Shown piece after piece: positions 1 to 14,204 of a stretch of 64,000 nt of DNA. A model generated the notes under the pieces. The model was not told the DNA's origin. It saw only the letters and a program-made list of their open reading frames with translations, and did not search any database. Both the position numbers and the translations under genes were made by a program. This DNA comes from Octopus vulgaris (Eukaryota): contig OX597816.1 of assembly GCA_951406725.2 (NCBI GenBank), positions 177,196,001-177,260,000 of the forward strand. Direction: 5' to 3'. Numbering within the stretch: position 1 is the stretch's first letter; each line of letters opens with the position of its first letter.

Positions 1-1044
1 TGTGCTGGGCCCACTTCTTTTCATCATTTACATTAATGACATTAATGACATCATCAAGCACAGCAACATAAAAATCTTTGCAGATGACTCCAAGCTACAG
101 AAGGTCATAAATGAGGCGAGTGACCGGACATGCCTTCAGTCAGATCTACTGGCTGTTATCCAATGGGCAGAAAAAAACAATATGCTGCTGAACGAGGATA
201 AATTTGAGTTAATCCACTTTGGAAAAGAGGATGCCCTGAAACTCCCATACTCCCTTCCTTCAGGTGAAACTCTCGCGGCGTCCAACAACATCGGAGACTT
301 GGGAGTAATTGTGGACAACAACATAAGCTGGGCCACTCATATAAACACCAAAGTTGACATGGCCCGCAGAATGTGTTCCTGGATTCTCAGAACTTTCCAG
401 TCGAGAGATATCCACACCATTATCCTTCTCTTCTCCACTTTTGCCCGACCCCACCTTGAATACTGTTGTCCACTGTGGTCTCCCCACACAATACAAGGTA
501 TCATAAAAGTTGAAGCACCTCAAAGGGCAATCACAAAAAAGATAGATGGCATGACAGGCCTCGACTATTGGGGTCGACTAGAAAAGCTAAAACTCTATTC
601 TCTCCAACGTCGTCGTGAGCGCTACATCATCTGCATGATGTGGAAAATATTCCATCAGCATTGCCCAAATGATGTTGGCATCACCTTTAAGGTACATCCA
701 AGGCTTGGGCCCCGTGCCATCCGCCCAAAACAAAAATCGCACTCTCATCTCATAACAACAATACGGCACAATTATTTCACCTCAATTGGCCCCGCCTCTC
801 TTTAACATTACACCAAAACACATTAAAACAGAAACTGACCCTATAGGGTTCAAGAAGTCTTTGGACAGATTCCTTCAAGAAATTCCGGATAAACCCCCTA
901 CACCCGGATATGTCTCTGTAAACAATAACTCTCTACCATAGTGCCCAAATTCTGACTTGAAAGACTTCACCAGGTGGTGCTATTAAGTTAGACATGGCCT
1001 GGGCCAATAATGGCCGAAACCTATCAAAGTATCAAAGTATCAAA

Positions 1045-1045
<1 letters not shown>
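1..1045 (+). mobile_element. 3' part of a CR1/L2-group non-LTR retrotransposon (RT C-terminus, 3' UTR, (TATCAAAG)3 tail); 5' end lies outside the window
   Basis: ORF 2-805 has GPLLFIIYIND, FADD, DLGV, RPHLEYC and SLQRRRERY motifs. A frameshift near 800 continues as LFNITPKHI...FKKSLDRFLQEIPD. An octamer tandem tail lies at 1022-1045. Confidence 0.85.
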
Positions 1046-1785
<740 letters not shown>

Positions 1786-2573
1786 CTTGTTATATATAAT
1801 ATATTCATACACACACACACACACACACAGTAAATACATTGAAAAGACGAGATTGTCATGACTGGAAGTCTTCGATCAGAAAGATATGCTCGATCATGCT
1901 GACTTAAAACGAAACGATATGAAACCGAAGTATAGCATGTTGTATTGAATCCACTGTGGATCACTTCGAGAATGCACAAATCATTGTTGTCTGTAGAAAA
2001 TCTCAATAAATTAAAATAGATAAATAAATAAATCAAAGCGTTAAAAATGAAGATAATTATCTCCGCCCACCCCAAGCACTGTGTCTGTCGCTTAAGAGTC
2101 AGGATCGATTCGTTAATGTAGCAGACTTAAATTGTTAAAAAGTCATTGCTTCAAACAGCAAGTTTAGTTAGGTTTTTTGTGTCGCCGAGTTAATAATCTG
2201 AAAACTAGGACCATATATTATAAATAAGAAGACAAAATAAAACAACGCTAACAGCAAATTAGACTGAACCTGCTGTTTAATCTCACATAAAGAATCGACC
2301 CATGAAATTTGAAATCTAATCAAACTAAATAAGGGAAACTGATACGACAGTTAAGGTGATGGGACTGTGATGTTTCGCTGAGAAAAGCAAATAGACGCAC
2401 TTCTGACTAACTTTCTTCCAACGCATATACAAATAGAGACAACAATGGTGAATAGATTTCTTGTCAAGTGACAATCCCCACGTTATGATGAATTAAATAG
2501 TTTGTAAATTCACTCTTCATCGTCATGCTGTCGTTTAAGTTGTTTTTTCTATGATCTTGTATATAAAAAATGT

Positions 2574-2960
2574 GGAGGCGCAATGGCCCAGTGGTTAGGG
2601 CAGTGGACTCGCGGTCGTAGGATCGCTTTTTCGATTCCTAGACCGGGCGTTGTGAGTGTTTATTGAGCGAAAACACCTAAAAGCTCCACGAGGCTCCGGC
2701 AGGGGATGGTGGTGATCCCTGCTGTACTCTTTCACCACAACTTTCTCTCACTCTTACTTCCTGTTTCTGTTGTACCTGTATTTCAAAGGGCCGGCCTTGT
2801 CACTCTCTGTGTCACGCTGAATATCCCCGAGAAATACGTTAATGGTACACGTGTCTGTGGAGTGCTCAGCCACTTACACGTTAATTTCACGAGCAAGCTG
2901 TTCCGTTGATTGTATCAGCTGGGACCCTCATCGTCGTAACCGACGGAGTGCTTCCATCCA
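2574..2960 (+). mobile_element. tRNA-derived SINE family C, full length
   Basis: tRNA-like head TGGCCCAGTGGTTAGG...TTCGATTCC; the body is near-identical to 13244-13540. Confidence 0.8.
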
Positions 2961-4575
2961 TATATAAAATCTTGAGGTACTTCTTCCGGTTCCTTACATT
3001 CTGTGTTCGAATTCTGCCGAGGTTAATTTTTGTTTCGATTGCTCTATGCTCGATAAAATAAAATAACAGTCAAGTACTAGAGTCGATCGTATCGATTAAT
3101 TCACTCCCCACTCCCCACAGAGTTGCTGACCTTGAGCCAAAATTTGTTATAATAATACTTTTATAAAATATTTAACAGACAAAAAGGCGGCAAGCGAGTA
3201 GAATCGATAATGCGTCTGAGATAATGTTTTTTTTTCCCGGCACCAAACTTTCCTTCACGGTCGGATTTTTTTCTTCTTTCTTTTTCATCTTTTAATTCAG
3301 AGTCGATAAGATAAGTACCAGTTGGGCACTGGGGGTCAATGTAATCGACTTGTCCCCTACGCTCAAAATTGCTGGCTGTGTGCCAAAATTAGAAAAGATT
3401 GTTATTATTTGTTTATTTGCAAGTTAGTAAATAAATCCGGATTGCCTAACGCCATAACCTCTGCAATCTGCTTCTCGCTTCCATCTTCCCTACAGATGTT
3501 GACCTGCAACAGCTGAAACGGAATATTGGAAGGGCATCAAGCTCACCAGCCTCGGAAGGTCAGCAAGGGTCATGAGCTCTACTCTTTCCTTCGTCTCTGC
3601 AAATAGAATAAAAATGTGGAGATGTCGCTGCAATGGGCCCAACCCACCTCCCTTGATTAATTGGTTAAAAAAAGAAAAACATTTCGGCGAAATAGCCAAG
3701 TGAGTAATGAATTGGTTCAAACATCTTGAGTTTAAATCTACCGCAAGTATTTCCTTGCGTTTCTCCGTATTTGATTTCTACATTAAATCGGTTAGGCCAG
3801 CTATCGGGATTAAGTATCAAGTTTTCTAAGAAAGTTTCTTACGACGCCTGGCTCTTTTTCTGGGTGCGGAAAGATTTGTCTTTCGTCCCATTTAATGGTG
3901 AAAAATATAGAGTTAAATATCATCAGTGATACGATGCTGTCTCTTGTGATTTATGAGAAATTAACTTGCATAAATATACCTCGGACCCGGTGACGGTTAC
4001 ATTGATGAAAAGGACCATGAACGAAATAAAATATTCTCGGTGATTTACATATTTCCCGAATTGAACGACAGTATTTCTTGTAAAGGAAAATCTTTTCTCT
4101 AAGCTTTAATACCTTTTAATACCTTATGCAATGATGTCGTTGATGAATATCAGCGAAACGGGGATTAAGCTTTATTTCTGATTTGGTTTCCAGCCAAAGT
4201 CTACAAAAAAAAAAAACACCAGACCTCCGTTGGAAATCGATTTGGTCAATTATATGTAAACTTTTACAATTACCCGGTTTTATGATTATGTGAAAAACCT
4301 TTAATGATGGGAAGGTAAGACATTTCATATCGGAATCAAAACCAAACGATAAACTCAATTAGCTGAACAGACTTGTATACAACAATGATTTACAACGTAG
4401 GCATAAGGCCACAGATTTTGCGGGAGAGCATAGTCAAATCACCTCAATACTTCCCTGGTGCTTATCTTAGCGACCATTGCGTGATTTATAGTCAGAGTGT
4501 AAGAAAGGGAGCCGCATTGTGATGCATTTTTGGCGCTCTATCATATCGTCACAACTATAGTAGTAGTGGTGGTGT

Positions 4576-4610
<35 letters not shown>

Positions 4611-4771
4611 AAACACTTCACATGTCCTACAGAGCAGAGAGCCAAACTCTCGGTTGTGTATTGAAGATAACGGAAAATTATAAGACCAGCGAGTTTTGAG
4701 AAGGAATTAGTTTTGACAAGGGATTAGTCGATTACAGCTACCCTTTTATTTTGTGCTTGGCTGGTACTTGA

Positions 4772-5330
4772 TTACTGGGATCTTTTCGGTTTGAACGGCA
4801 GTTTTTTAAAACAATTTCTATGTAACTAAACACTTTTAAACTTCGTATACTGGTAGAATGTGTTTATAAAACATCTTTTTCTCTTGGCTTTCTTGAGAAA
4901 ATTCTATACTTTGTAAGATATTTTCTTCAATTTTGGCAATTTCAACCAATCAATGACGTCTACTGAGGTGAAAATATTATCTGCCGTAAAATTTTCTCTG
5001 AAGAAAAAAGATACCCTTCCCCCCACCCCTAGCCCTAACCTAAACCCTTACCCTAACCTTAACCCTAATCCTAACCCAACCCCTAACCCTAACTCTAAAA
5101 CAGATTGAAATGCAATAGATCAATACTAGGGTCATAAAGAAGGAACGGTTTTGTTATCCAGCTCTGTTTACGAGTGACTCCTCAGTTTATGGCCACAGGG
5201 TATCTTTTTTCTCATGAAAAACAGGGACATTTTCATATGACGCCGCCATAAAATGTTTCCGCAGATATCGTTTTCACCTCAATAGACGTCATTGATTGGT
5301 TGAAATTGCCGAAATGCAAGAAATTAAAGA
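4772..5330. mobile_element. Non-autonomous DNA element (MITE/Helentron-like) with internal inverted repeats and a degenerate (CCCTAA)n tract
   Basis: ~42-bp inverted repeats at 4933-4974 and 5271-5312 flank a CCCTAA-like array at ~5028-5097. Confidence 0.55.
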
Positions 5331-6344
5331 AGAGTGAAATAGGAGGAAGGCGGACAAATTGTCGTATTTAATAAAATTATCATTGTTTGAAGTTCCAATA
5401 ATACCATAGTGAAGAAAGCAGATTATATGGATGCTCAGTTTTGTCTTTCTATTTTAGAGGTGAGAGAGGAGCGGGAAATTTCGGAAATGTCTTGGTGAGA
5501 TGGGTATTTATCAGTTTGAGAATCACTCCGTTGTAATCATAAATTACCATACGTTGGAAGTTAAGGGGACTGAAAGGCCAACCACCCTGTGTTAGAAAAC
5601 CAGTGAACTGATCAATACACGAAGAACCAGCAGTCCCGAAGCTTATATAGATTAGGGTATGTCTAGTACGTGCACAGACAAGAAAGGGGCTGATACAAAA
5701 AGGGCTGATAAGTTATGGCAGAGGAACCACAGTAGGTACACTCCGAAGTAAATGGCTTAGTAAAAGAAATAATTCTTTCTTCAAAAGGCACAAAATTTGA
5801 AATTTTGGGGGAAGGGGTTACTGGATTACATCGACCCTGGTACTTACTTTATCGATCCCGAAGGATGAAAAGCGATGTCGACCGTGGCGGAATTTAATCT
5901 CAGAAGACAAAGTAAAACCTGAAGAAATGCCAATAGGCATTGTTGCCCAGCATGCTAGCGGTTCTGCCGTCTTGTCAAATTCATAGTAAAATAAATATTG
6001 ACAAAGTAAAAAGAAACGGAAACGTTTTTTCTCTACAGATATGGTCGTATGATTAAGAACTTTATTTCGCAGACGGGATTCCACATTTGATGCCACGAAG
6101 TGACATCTTGAGTGTTTTCTATTACAGCCTCGAGGAGACCAACATCTCGTGTGAGGAATTTCGTAGACGGACACTATATAAACCCATCGTTCTCCACCAC
6201 GTCTATCACATACATACATTGTTTCAAAATCTTTGGGGCCTCTGTGTATATATAATTGTAGTAAAAAATGTGGAAGTTTGAGAGGGGCTTTAAAAATGAA
6301 ATAAATACCTTTGGGTCTCTCTTCATCTAAATCTGACATTAACA

Positions 6345-7598
6345 ACACTGCAAGATAAAGATCCGTTTGCTGCCAACACCCTTTAAAAGGATGGCTACCG
6401 TGGTTGATGATACGCAGACATGCGCTGAGACTACGACATCTCCGGCTCTACGTAGACGACGGTGAACAGGTGTGGTCGCCGTTTGTGAGGCGCGCTTTCC
6501 CGCAGCTCGTCTCCATGACCGAACTACTGTCGTGGATCAAAAAGAGGCCGAGGAAGGGCGAATGGCACCGCGAGTGTCGCGTTGCTCTCGAGCAACTTTG
6601 CCGTCCTGGGTCGACCTTGAGCGACTACAACACAACTAAAGTATACTATAGGGGATTAGTGGAGGGGAGGTACGACGAGGATCTCGGGGCGAACCTGGGC
6701 GTCGACGAGGAATACTTGACCCGCCTGTTCAGGACGACTTTCGGGCCAGGGCCCATGGACAACTTCCAGAGATCCCTGGCCTGGCAGTGCTATCGAGAAG
6801 CGCTACCCGTTCGGGATAAGCTCTACAGGCATGGCTCGAGAAACACTGGGCCGACCTGCCCGAGATGCGGTCAGAACCGTTCTGTACGCACTCGTACTGT
6901 GTCCAGCCATTTCTGACCTTTGGGCCTATTTCGAACGACTGTTATCGCGTGTGGGACGAGTCAGTTTATTAACCGAGTCTATGGTGAATATCGTCGCGCC
7001 TCCTTCCTTGAAACGGGAACGAAGAGCCATTTTCATCATACTTGTGGCTATGGCGAGAGAATGTGTATGGTGGACACGTCTGAAGGGTCTAGAGACAAAC
7101 ACTTTCATCTCTGGTGAATCTCTCATCAACTTCTTCAAGTATCACTTGGAGAGGAAGGTGAAAGTAGAGAGGGAAGTTTTGTCTAGTGAATGTTTCAAAA
7201 GAAGACGGTTGAATATTGCAAGGATGGCACGTGTGAATGACTGAGCCACCTTGAGCATAATCCTATGATCCCCCCCCCAAAAAAAAAGCGGGGGGAGAGA
7301 AAAAAGAGAGTCATTTACTGTAATGCGTTTTTTTTGCATGACATTATTGCCCGAAGTTACCGTGGTCTTTTCCGTAGGTTTTTCTTTCTACAGATAAACC
7401 TCATCTGTTTCCCCTTTTTACACTACACTATGACTTTCTGTGATACACGATCCCTATTGATCAGCCTTTGTTTTTTTTTAACGATCCCTTTTGATCGAAT
7501 TTCTACCCCCTTTTTTTCCTTCTTCTCTTCCCAAAAAGAAAAGCTCTACTTTGTATTTTGTCCCCTCCGTGTTCAGCCCTGTGTGGCCAATTATGAAA
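6345..7598 (+). mobile_element. 5'-truncated Tx1-clade LINE (ORF2 C-terminus with zf-RVT-like CPRC motif, plus 3' UTR), frameshifted
   Basis: ORFs 6404-6916 and 6831-7244 are homologous to the C-terminus of the 37223-40605 ORF2 (QVWSPFVRR, MDNFQRSLAWQCYR, WWTRLKGL). A T-rich UTR ends CAGCCCTGTGTGGCCAAT. Confidence 0.85.
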
Positions 7599-8226
7599 CA
7601 TACTTGTATACTTTTCACAGAACAGGCGTCATAAACAACCTGTTACTTACATTAAATTTATCATATTTTCTAATATGCAATATTTATATACAAAACTAGG
7701 CGAGCCATTTCATCAAGGTCCTTCGGGGACAGAAGGATGAAAAGTTTATATACTTTGAAGAGTGGCTATCCAATCATTACCTGAATTACTTGTTTGTTGA
7801 ACTAGTGGCTAAGTATTTCAAAGAAACGTGTAACCTTGACATAATTCTAAGGCTGAATCAGTACCACACAGTGTGGGAAGGTGGACCTTTGAATTACAGA
7901 CACAATCTATTCAACGCACTTCCGCACAGTTTCTGTCTACCCAGTTTTATTTACAATGCCTTGAAACTATGTTAAATGGTATGTGGCCAAGGTGCAACAC
8001 TGTGGGATCGAATCAGGAATCTTGTAACACTAAAAGGAATTTCTTACCACCGGACATGCGTTTAATGTATATAGCTCGAACCAATGCAATCAGTAGAATG
8101 ACTCGATGAGATCCTTTGTTCTATATATACAATGCTGCCGTTTAGTTTAGAACCGTCCTATGTAGTGCGATATATATATATATATATATATATACATACA
8201 TATATACATATACATATATATATATG

Positions 8227-8257
<31 letters not shown>

Positions 8258-8269
8258 ATATATATACAT

Positions 8270-8728
8270 ACAAAATGGGACAAGAACGCAAAACATTCAA
8301 ATAGTCGATACAAAAAACGGACGGGTCATTCGAAGCCTCTAATCTTCAGTCAAGAACCGGATCATCCTCGCAATTTCGGCTGATTAATCTTGAGATTGCT
8401 CCAATCTGGCCAACCCCAAGGAAAAAACTAAGCTACGAGCATTAGATTTCTTGGAAAAAGGATCGAATGTATACGAAACAAGGACAGAAAAACGGACGAT
8501 GTTACACGAATATAGATACAAAAAAAAAAAAAAGATAATACGAATATAAATACAAAAAACAATAATAATAATAATAACAGGACATAACAACAGGCGTCTT
8601 TCGACTTGAAACGAATTGAATTCAGCTAGCGTATTGGAAAATAAGGCCTTTACAGCAGACGAAGAAAGCGATGTTATCGTGGCGGTTGGTCCGAAGCGAA
8701 AGGGCTATAGTTGGCCAGCGGTCACGTG
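8270..8728. repeat. Interspersed repeat flanked by (TA)n (putative Penelope-like terminal-repeat derivative)
   Basis: Homologous copies at ~23100-23218 (inverted), ~32528-32845 and, more diverged, ~35522-35790; every copy abuts (TA)n. The superfamily assignment is inference. Confidence 0.6.
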
Positions 8729-9410
8729 AGAAGAGAAGAGAAGAGAAAAAGAGGAACAGAGGTATTAAGGAGGGAGAGAAGAGAGAGAAAAAGAGGAACA
8801 GAGGTATTAAGGAGGGAGAGAAGAGAGAGAAAAAGAGGAACAGAGGTATTAAGGAGGGAGAGAAGAGAGAGAAAAAGAGGAACAGAGGTATTAAGGAGGG
8901 AGAGAAGAGAGAGAAAAAGAGGAACAGAGGTATTAAGGAGGGAGAGAAGAGAGAGAAAAAGAGGAACAGAGGTATTAAGGAGGGAGAGAAGAGAGAGAAA
9001 AAGAGGAACAGAGGTATTAAGGAGGGAGAGAAGAGAGAGAAAAAGAGGAACAGAGGTATTAAGGAGGGAGAGAAGAGAGAGAAAAAGAGGAACAGAGGTA
9101 TTAAGGAGGGAGAGAAGAGAGAGAAAAAGAGGAACAGAGGTATTAAGGAGGGAGAGAAGAGAGAGAAAAAGAGGAACAGAGGTATTAAGGAGGGGAGAGA
9201 AGAGAGAGAAAAAGAGGAACAGAGGTATTAAGGAGAGGGAGAGAAGAGAGAGAAAAAGAGGAACAGAGGTATTAAGGAGGGAGAGAAGAGAGAGAAAAAG
9301 AGGAACAGAGGTATTAAGGAGGGAGAGAAGAGAGAGAAAAAGAGGAGCAAATGAATTAAAGAGGGGGAGAAGAGAGAGAAAAAGAGGAACAAGGAATTAA
9401 GGAGGGGGAG
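8729..9410 (+). repeat. Polypurine minisatellite, 42-bp unit, about 16 copies
   Basis: The unit AAGAGAGAGAAAAAGAGGAACAGAGGTATTAAGGAGGGAGAG repeats nearly perfectly, giving the 14-aa periodicity of the spurious ORFs. Confidence 0.95.
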
Positions 9411-9660
9411 AAGAAAGAGAGCGTGTCAAGGATTGGCGTGAAAAAAGAAAGACAGGGATTGCTCGAAATGTGGAGAAGATGGACAGCCGACAACTTATGA
9501 AGAGTCATTCTGTATGTTACTTGTCTTGTTTTCCATGTTTCTCTCGTTGTTCGCATACCCAAGTTTGCCTTCGTATTTCATGTTGTTTTCGTATTTCGTA
9601 ATTCATGTTTTCGCATTTCATCTTGTTTTGTGACGTTTTGTGACGTCCTGTACCCATATA

Positions 9661-9720
<60 letters not shown>

Positions 9721-9724
<4 letters not shown>

Positions 9725-9870
9725 GCACTAGAGTTAACCACTTAGCGGTAACTCTCTTATATTTAAGTATAAATTTGTGTTGTCTCCCTGGTTTTTTATG
9801 TGCTAAGCCACTTGGTATTAAACTGATGGTATTATTAAATTAAAATCTAATTTTTCACCCTCATTTATGA

Positions 9871-9875
<5 letters not shown>
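9721..9875. repeat. Fragment of the (TA)n-embedded repeat family also seen at 31870-32501
   Basis: Reverse-complement similarity to 31870-32025 (TTTTTCACCCTCATTTAT, GCTAAGCCACTTGG, AGAGTTA..TAACTCT hairpin). Confidence 0.7.
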
Positions 9876-9934
<59 letters not shown>

Positions 9935-10141
9935 GTATATATATATGTATATGTATATATATATATGTATATATATATATGTATATATATATATATGTAT
10001 ATATGTGTATATATATATGTGTATATATATATGTGTATATATATGTGTATATATATATGTATATATATATGTGTATATATATATGTGTATATATATATGT
10101 ATATATATATGTGTATATATATATGTGTATATATATATGTG

Positions 10142-10196
<55 letters not shown>

Positions 10197-10899
10197 CGGG
10201 AAATGTAGTGAATCTGATTATGATAATCAATAATACGGGTTAAAGAAAATATTTTAGGTGCTCCTTCTGCAGACTAGATACAAATCAGTATGGTAATGTA
10301 ATACAGTGAATTGAAAAACTTCGATTAACTGAGATTATCTAAGCAGGTAATGGACAAAACCGTCTCCAGGCGTACTTTAAAATATAAATTCTAGAAAGGG
10401 TAATAACTTCAACAAGATCAATTATTTGGAAAAGAAGAAAATGGAAAATATAGAAATTGTAATATAGGATCTGGTCTTTAAAGGCAACGTGGTGAATGCA
10501 CTAGACAAGCTTCGGACTTCTTAGACTTCATTAGCAAAGTAAATTCTATTCAATTGGAAAGTATAATTCTATATAAGACCAGAGATTTGGTGTGGAGGGT
10601 GTGAGCGTAAAATCGTTTAGCGCTCAACTGGTACTTATTTAATCGACTCCGAAAAGATGTGAGCCAAAGCTGACTTCAGCGGAATTTGAACTCAAAACGT
10701 AACGAGTCAGAAGGTCAGTTGGCAGGTAATAATGATTTCAAACTTTGGCACAAGGCCTGAAATTAGAGAGATAGGGCCCAGTGTTCCACTGGTACTTATT
10801 TCATCGACCTCGAAAGGATGAAAGGCAAAGTCGACCTCGGCGGCCCCGGTACTAATGATTACATGCATTCGAATAAAATGCGACCTCTACAACTAGATT

Positions 10900-10949
<50 letters not shown>

Positions 10950-11655
10950 GTAGGGAGTCAGTGTGGTCCCGTTAGTAAGGGGTAAGCAATCCGATGCTAC
11001 AGTACATTCAGTGCTGACAGAAGGGTCAAATCTAGTCTGACATATCAAATTCTCGTCGTGTTTATGACAGCTTCAAGACAAACTATATCCTTCCTACCAC
11101 CGCCACCACCACCACCACCACCACCACCACCACCACCGCCACCACCACCACAACCACCACCACCACCACCACCACCACCACCACCACCAACAGCATCAGC
11201 GTTGCTGAAAACATACTAACCATCACCACTGTCATCACCACTACAATTATCGCCGTCGCCATCGTCCCTACCCTCACCACTGCTCTTACCACCACCACCA
11301 TCACCACCATTACCAAGAAGAGCAATAACGGCATCAAACAAGCCTTTATTACATTGTCGATCGACGTGCTAAAAATAGCTGCTAAATCTTCTTCCAGTCA
11401 CATCCTACAAAACTTAAAAAAACAGGACACAGTGGATGATGTGGTTCTCGGCTTCCTATACACTGGGAAAAGATGGGATGGTCATGGTTAGAATATTTGT
11501 AATCATATGTCTTGATTTGTCAGAACCAATTCCTATATTGGAATGCCTTTGATCACAGGTCTCTCTCTGGTCAGACTCAGGGTTAAATATTAACAATGAC
11601 TATAACACTCTTATAAAGAACGTTAGTTCCATATACCACGACAACCACGACTACA

Positions 11656-11705
<50 letters not shown>

Positions 11706-12274
11706 CACTACCACCACCACCACCACCCGTTCACAGCATGCAGAAATAGATTAAATTACCATCCCTTATACAACGACAACGACGATCACCGTTAATGCCA
11801 TCTCAAGTGAATACGGGGTACAGACCCTTTACGAGACCCCATCAAACTGTTAGAAACAACAACGAAATTCCAACAGCACGAACCGACCATCTTCAGGATA
11901 TGCTGCATTGGACAACATAGTCTCACATGCTTCTTCTAGAACTCTTCAACGTAGTGAGTTGTTTCGACCAACAAGAAGTTGCAACCAAGTTCCCCTTCAA
12001 ATCTCATCCTAACATCGTAATAAAGGAACACCACTTTAGATTATGTAGTTCTAGATACTCCTTAAAAGAAAGACTTATCACAACTGGAAAGCCTTTAATA
12101 ATAGGTCTGCGTGACCTGGAGTTAAACAAAATAAATAAATAAAATGAAACAAAGAAACAAATAATAAAAAAAACTGAATTGCTTCGAGGCGTTAATAGGG
12201 TCCTGTTTTATCCCTTTGCCAGTTTCAATCATTTTGATAGTTTCTCCAAAACGTGCATGCTTGTTTTCAAACTT

Positions 12275-12504
12275 TTCTCTTATTCTTTTACTTGTTTCAG
12301 TCATTTGACTGCAGCCATGCTGGAGCACCGCCTTGAAGGGTTTTAGTCGAACAAATCAAGCCCAGAACTTATTTTTTTAAAAAAACCTAGTACATATTCT
12401 ATCGGTGTGTTTTGCTGAACGGCTACGTTACGATGACGTAAACACACCAACACCGGTTGTCAAGCGGTGATGGAGGGAAAATACAGACACAAATTCCCAC
12501 CCCG

Positions 12505-12553
<49 letters not shown>

Positions 12554-12705
12554 GCTTCTTTCAGCCAACCAAATCCACTCACAAGGCTTTGGTCGGCCCA
12601 AAGCTACAATAGAAGACACTTGACCAAGGTGCCACGCAGTGGGACTGAAACCGGAATCATGTGGTGAAGAAGCAAGCTCCGTACCACACAGCCACGCCTG
12701 CGCCT
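12275..12705 (-). mobile_element. SINE family B (tRNA head, CORE-like CCTTGGGCAAGTG segment, internal (TA)n, GTAAAAGA tail)
   Basis: Same modules as the copies at ~15855-16250, 25670-26062, 30838-31410, 33672-34330, 34744-35155, 54040-54360, 55030-55465 and 55975-56250. Confidence 0.8.
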
Positions 12706-13243
12706 TCTTTCATATGTTCTGAATAATGTAAAAATTTCCTTTCGAAAGATCCAAGTTACTCTGGTGGCTAAAACAAAATAGGGATTTTGAAACTAGTTTT
12801 CAAATTTCAAATGGCTACGTAAACATCTTGTCTTATATGCGTTTTCATCCCACACTGGTTTTAATCCTATGTTGGGCTTTCCTTAGCAACTGAGTTGTTG
12901 GTGTATAAGCAGCGTTTTCAGAGATACTGTGCTATATCGTTAAGAGCTGCAAGTAAATCGGATGGACTGATTTGCATATATAACGCATTCGGTCATAGCT
13001 CATAGTTAGAATATGACAAGATGCTTATATCCTGACCTTCGTAATATGTATGTTCAATGAGAACTAACCAAGATGCTAAACAACAACTCAGTCCTCAAAC
13101 TGAACACTGTAACAAAATGAAAAGATAAATTATTCAGTGATGTAGCAACCGAATAACGAGCCAGGCCAACAAAAGGAGTTGAACTTTACACTGCAAGATC
13201 AAGAAACAATATTTACTGTATGCACTGATCACGCTGTTTATAG

Positions 13244-13540
13244 TATTGAACGAAAACACCTAAAGCTCCACGAGGCACCGGCAGGGGATGGTGGTGATCC
13301 CTGCTGTACTCTTTCACCACAACTTTCTCTCACTCTTACTTCCTGTTTCTGTTGTACCTGTATTTCAAAGGGCCGGCCTTGTCACTCTCTGTGTCACGCT
13401 GAATATCCTCGAGAACTACGTTAAGGGTACACGTGTCTGTGGAGTGCTCAGCCACTTACACGTTAATTTCACGAGCAGACTGTTCCGTTGATTCGGATCA
13501 ACCGGAACCCTCATCGTCGTAACCGACGGAGTGCTTCCAT
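13244..13540 (+). mobile_element. 5'-truncated copy of SINE family C
   Basis: Near-identical to ~2661-2957. Confidence 0.85.
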
Positions 13541-14204
13541 ATAGTTGTTTAGTCCCCGGTTATCTCTGTGGAGGCACGTGTCTTAGTGGTTAGGGTGCTG
13601 GACTTAAGATTGTAGTTTCGATTCCTGGACCCGGCAACGCGTTGTGTTCCTATGCAAAACACTTGATTTTCACGTGACTGGCAAAATTGAGTAATCTTGC
13701 GACAGACCGCTACCTGCCCGGTGGAGAATTTATAAGCCGGGAAACCGAGCCTTATGAGTCGCCATTACTTGAGAAGGTGACTTTACTTTTTTTTTCTTTA
13801 CCACCCTGTCAATTCTGATTAAAGAGATTTATGATTAAAAACAAAATGTTTGTCGTGAATTTCCTGTCTTTGACTCTTTATTTTTTCAGACATAATAATT
13901 GTAGCTTGTCCTACATTCGATCATGTAGACTTCTTTCTTTGAAGACTGTATGCTGTCATTTGCGGGAGATTTGGTTGCTGCTATTTTGATCAGTCTCTGG
14001 TAATTTGGATGCTGCCATTTTGACCAGTTTCTGGTAATCTAAACGACTCGGCGGCACAACCAAAGTCACCACTAATGGTGGCCTATCACTAATTTAATTG
14101 ACTAATTAAGACTAAATGCCATTGCTATTCTTCACTAACTAATACTATCACCCAAACAAAAACCACCGCCACAACAACAACAATAACAACAGCAGCAACA
14201 ATAA

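Noticed and set aside
2574-2650. tRNA-like sequences at SINE heads
   Set aside because: A/B boxes are present but there is no complete cloverleaf, and the sequence continues into a SINE body; not called as tRNA genes.
2706-2909. Near-identical 67-aa ORFs at 2706 and 13288
   Set aside because: Both lie within copies of SINE family C; the similarity reflects repeat identity, not coding constraint.
3435-3660. Possible very old LINE ORF2 C-terminal remnant
   Set aside because: Similarity by eye is too weak to support a call.
4116-4358. 80-aa minus-strand ORF as a downstream exon of the host gene
   Set aside because: No Ig/EGF/Kazal-like features and no convincing acceptor; it includes a poly-T run.
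8318-8395. CTGAAGA...CGAA on the minus strand of the 8270/23100/32528 family as a hammerhead
   Set aside because: There is no GAAA with a paired stem III and no convincing stems I/II in these copies.
8671-9400. 186- and 229-aa K/R/E-rich repetitive ORFs; superficially array-like
   Set aside because: They are read-through of a 42-bp minisatellite. There are no unique spacers, so this is not CRISPR, and the context is eukaryotic.
11083-11337. Poly-Val hydrophobic ORF
   Set aside because: It is the reverse translation of a (CAC)n microsatellite.
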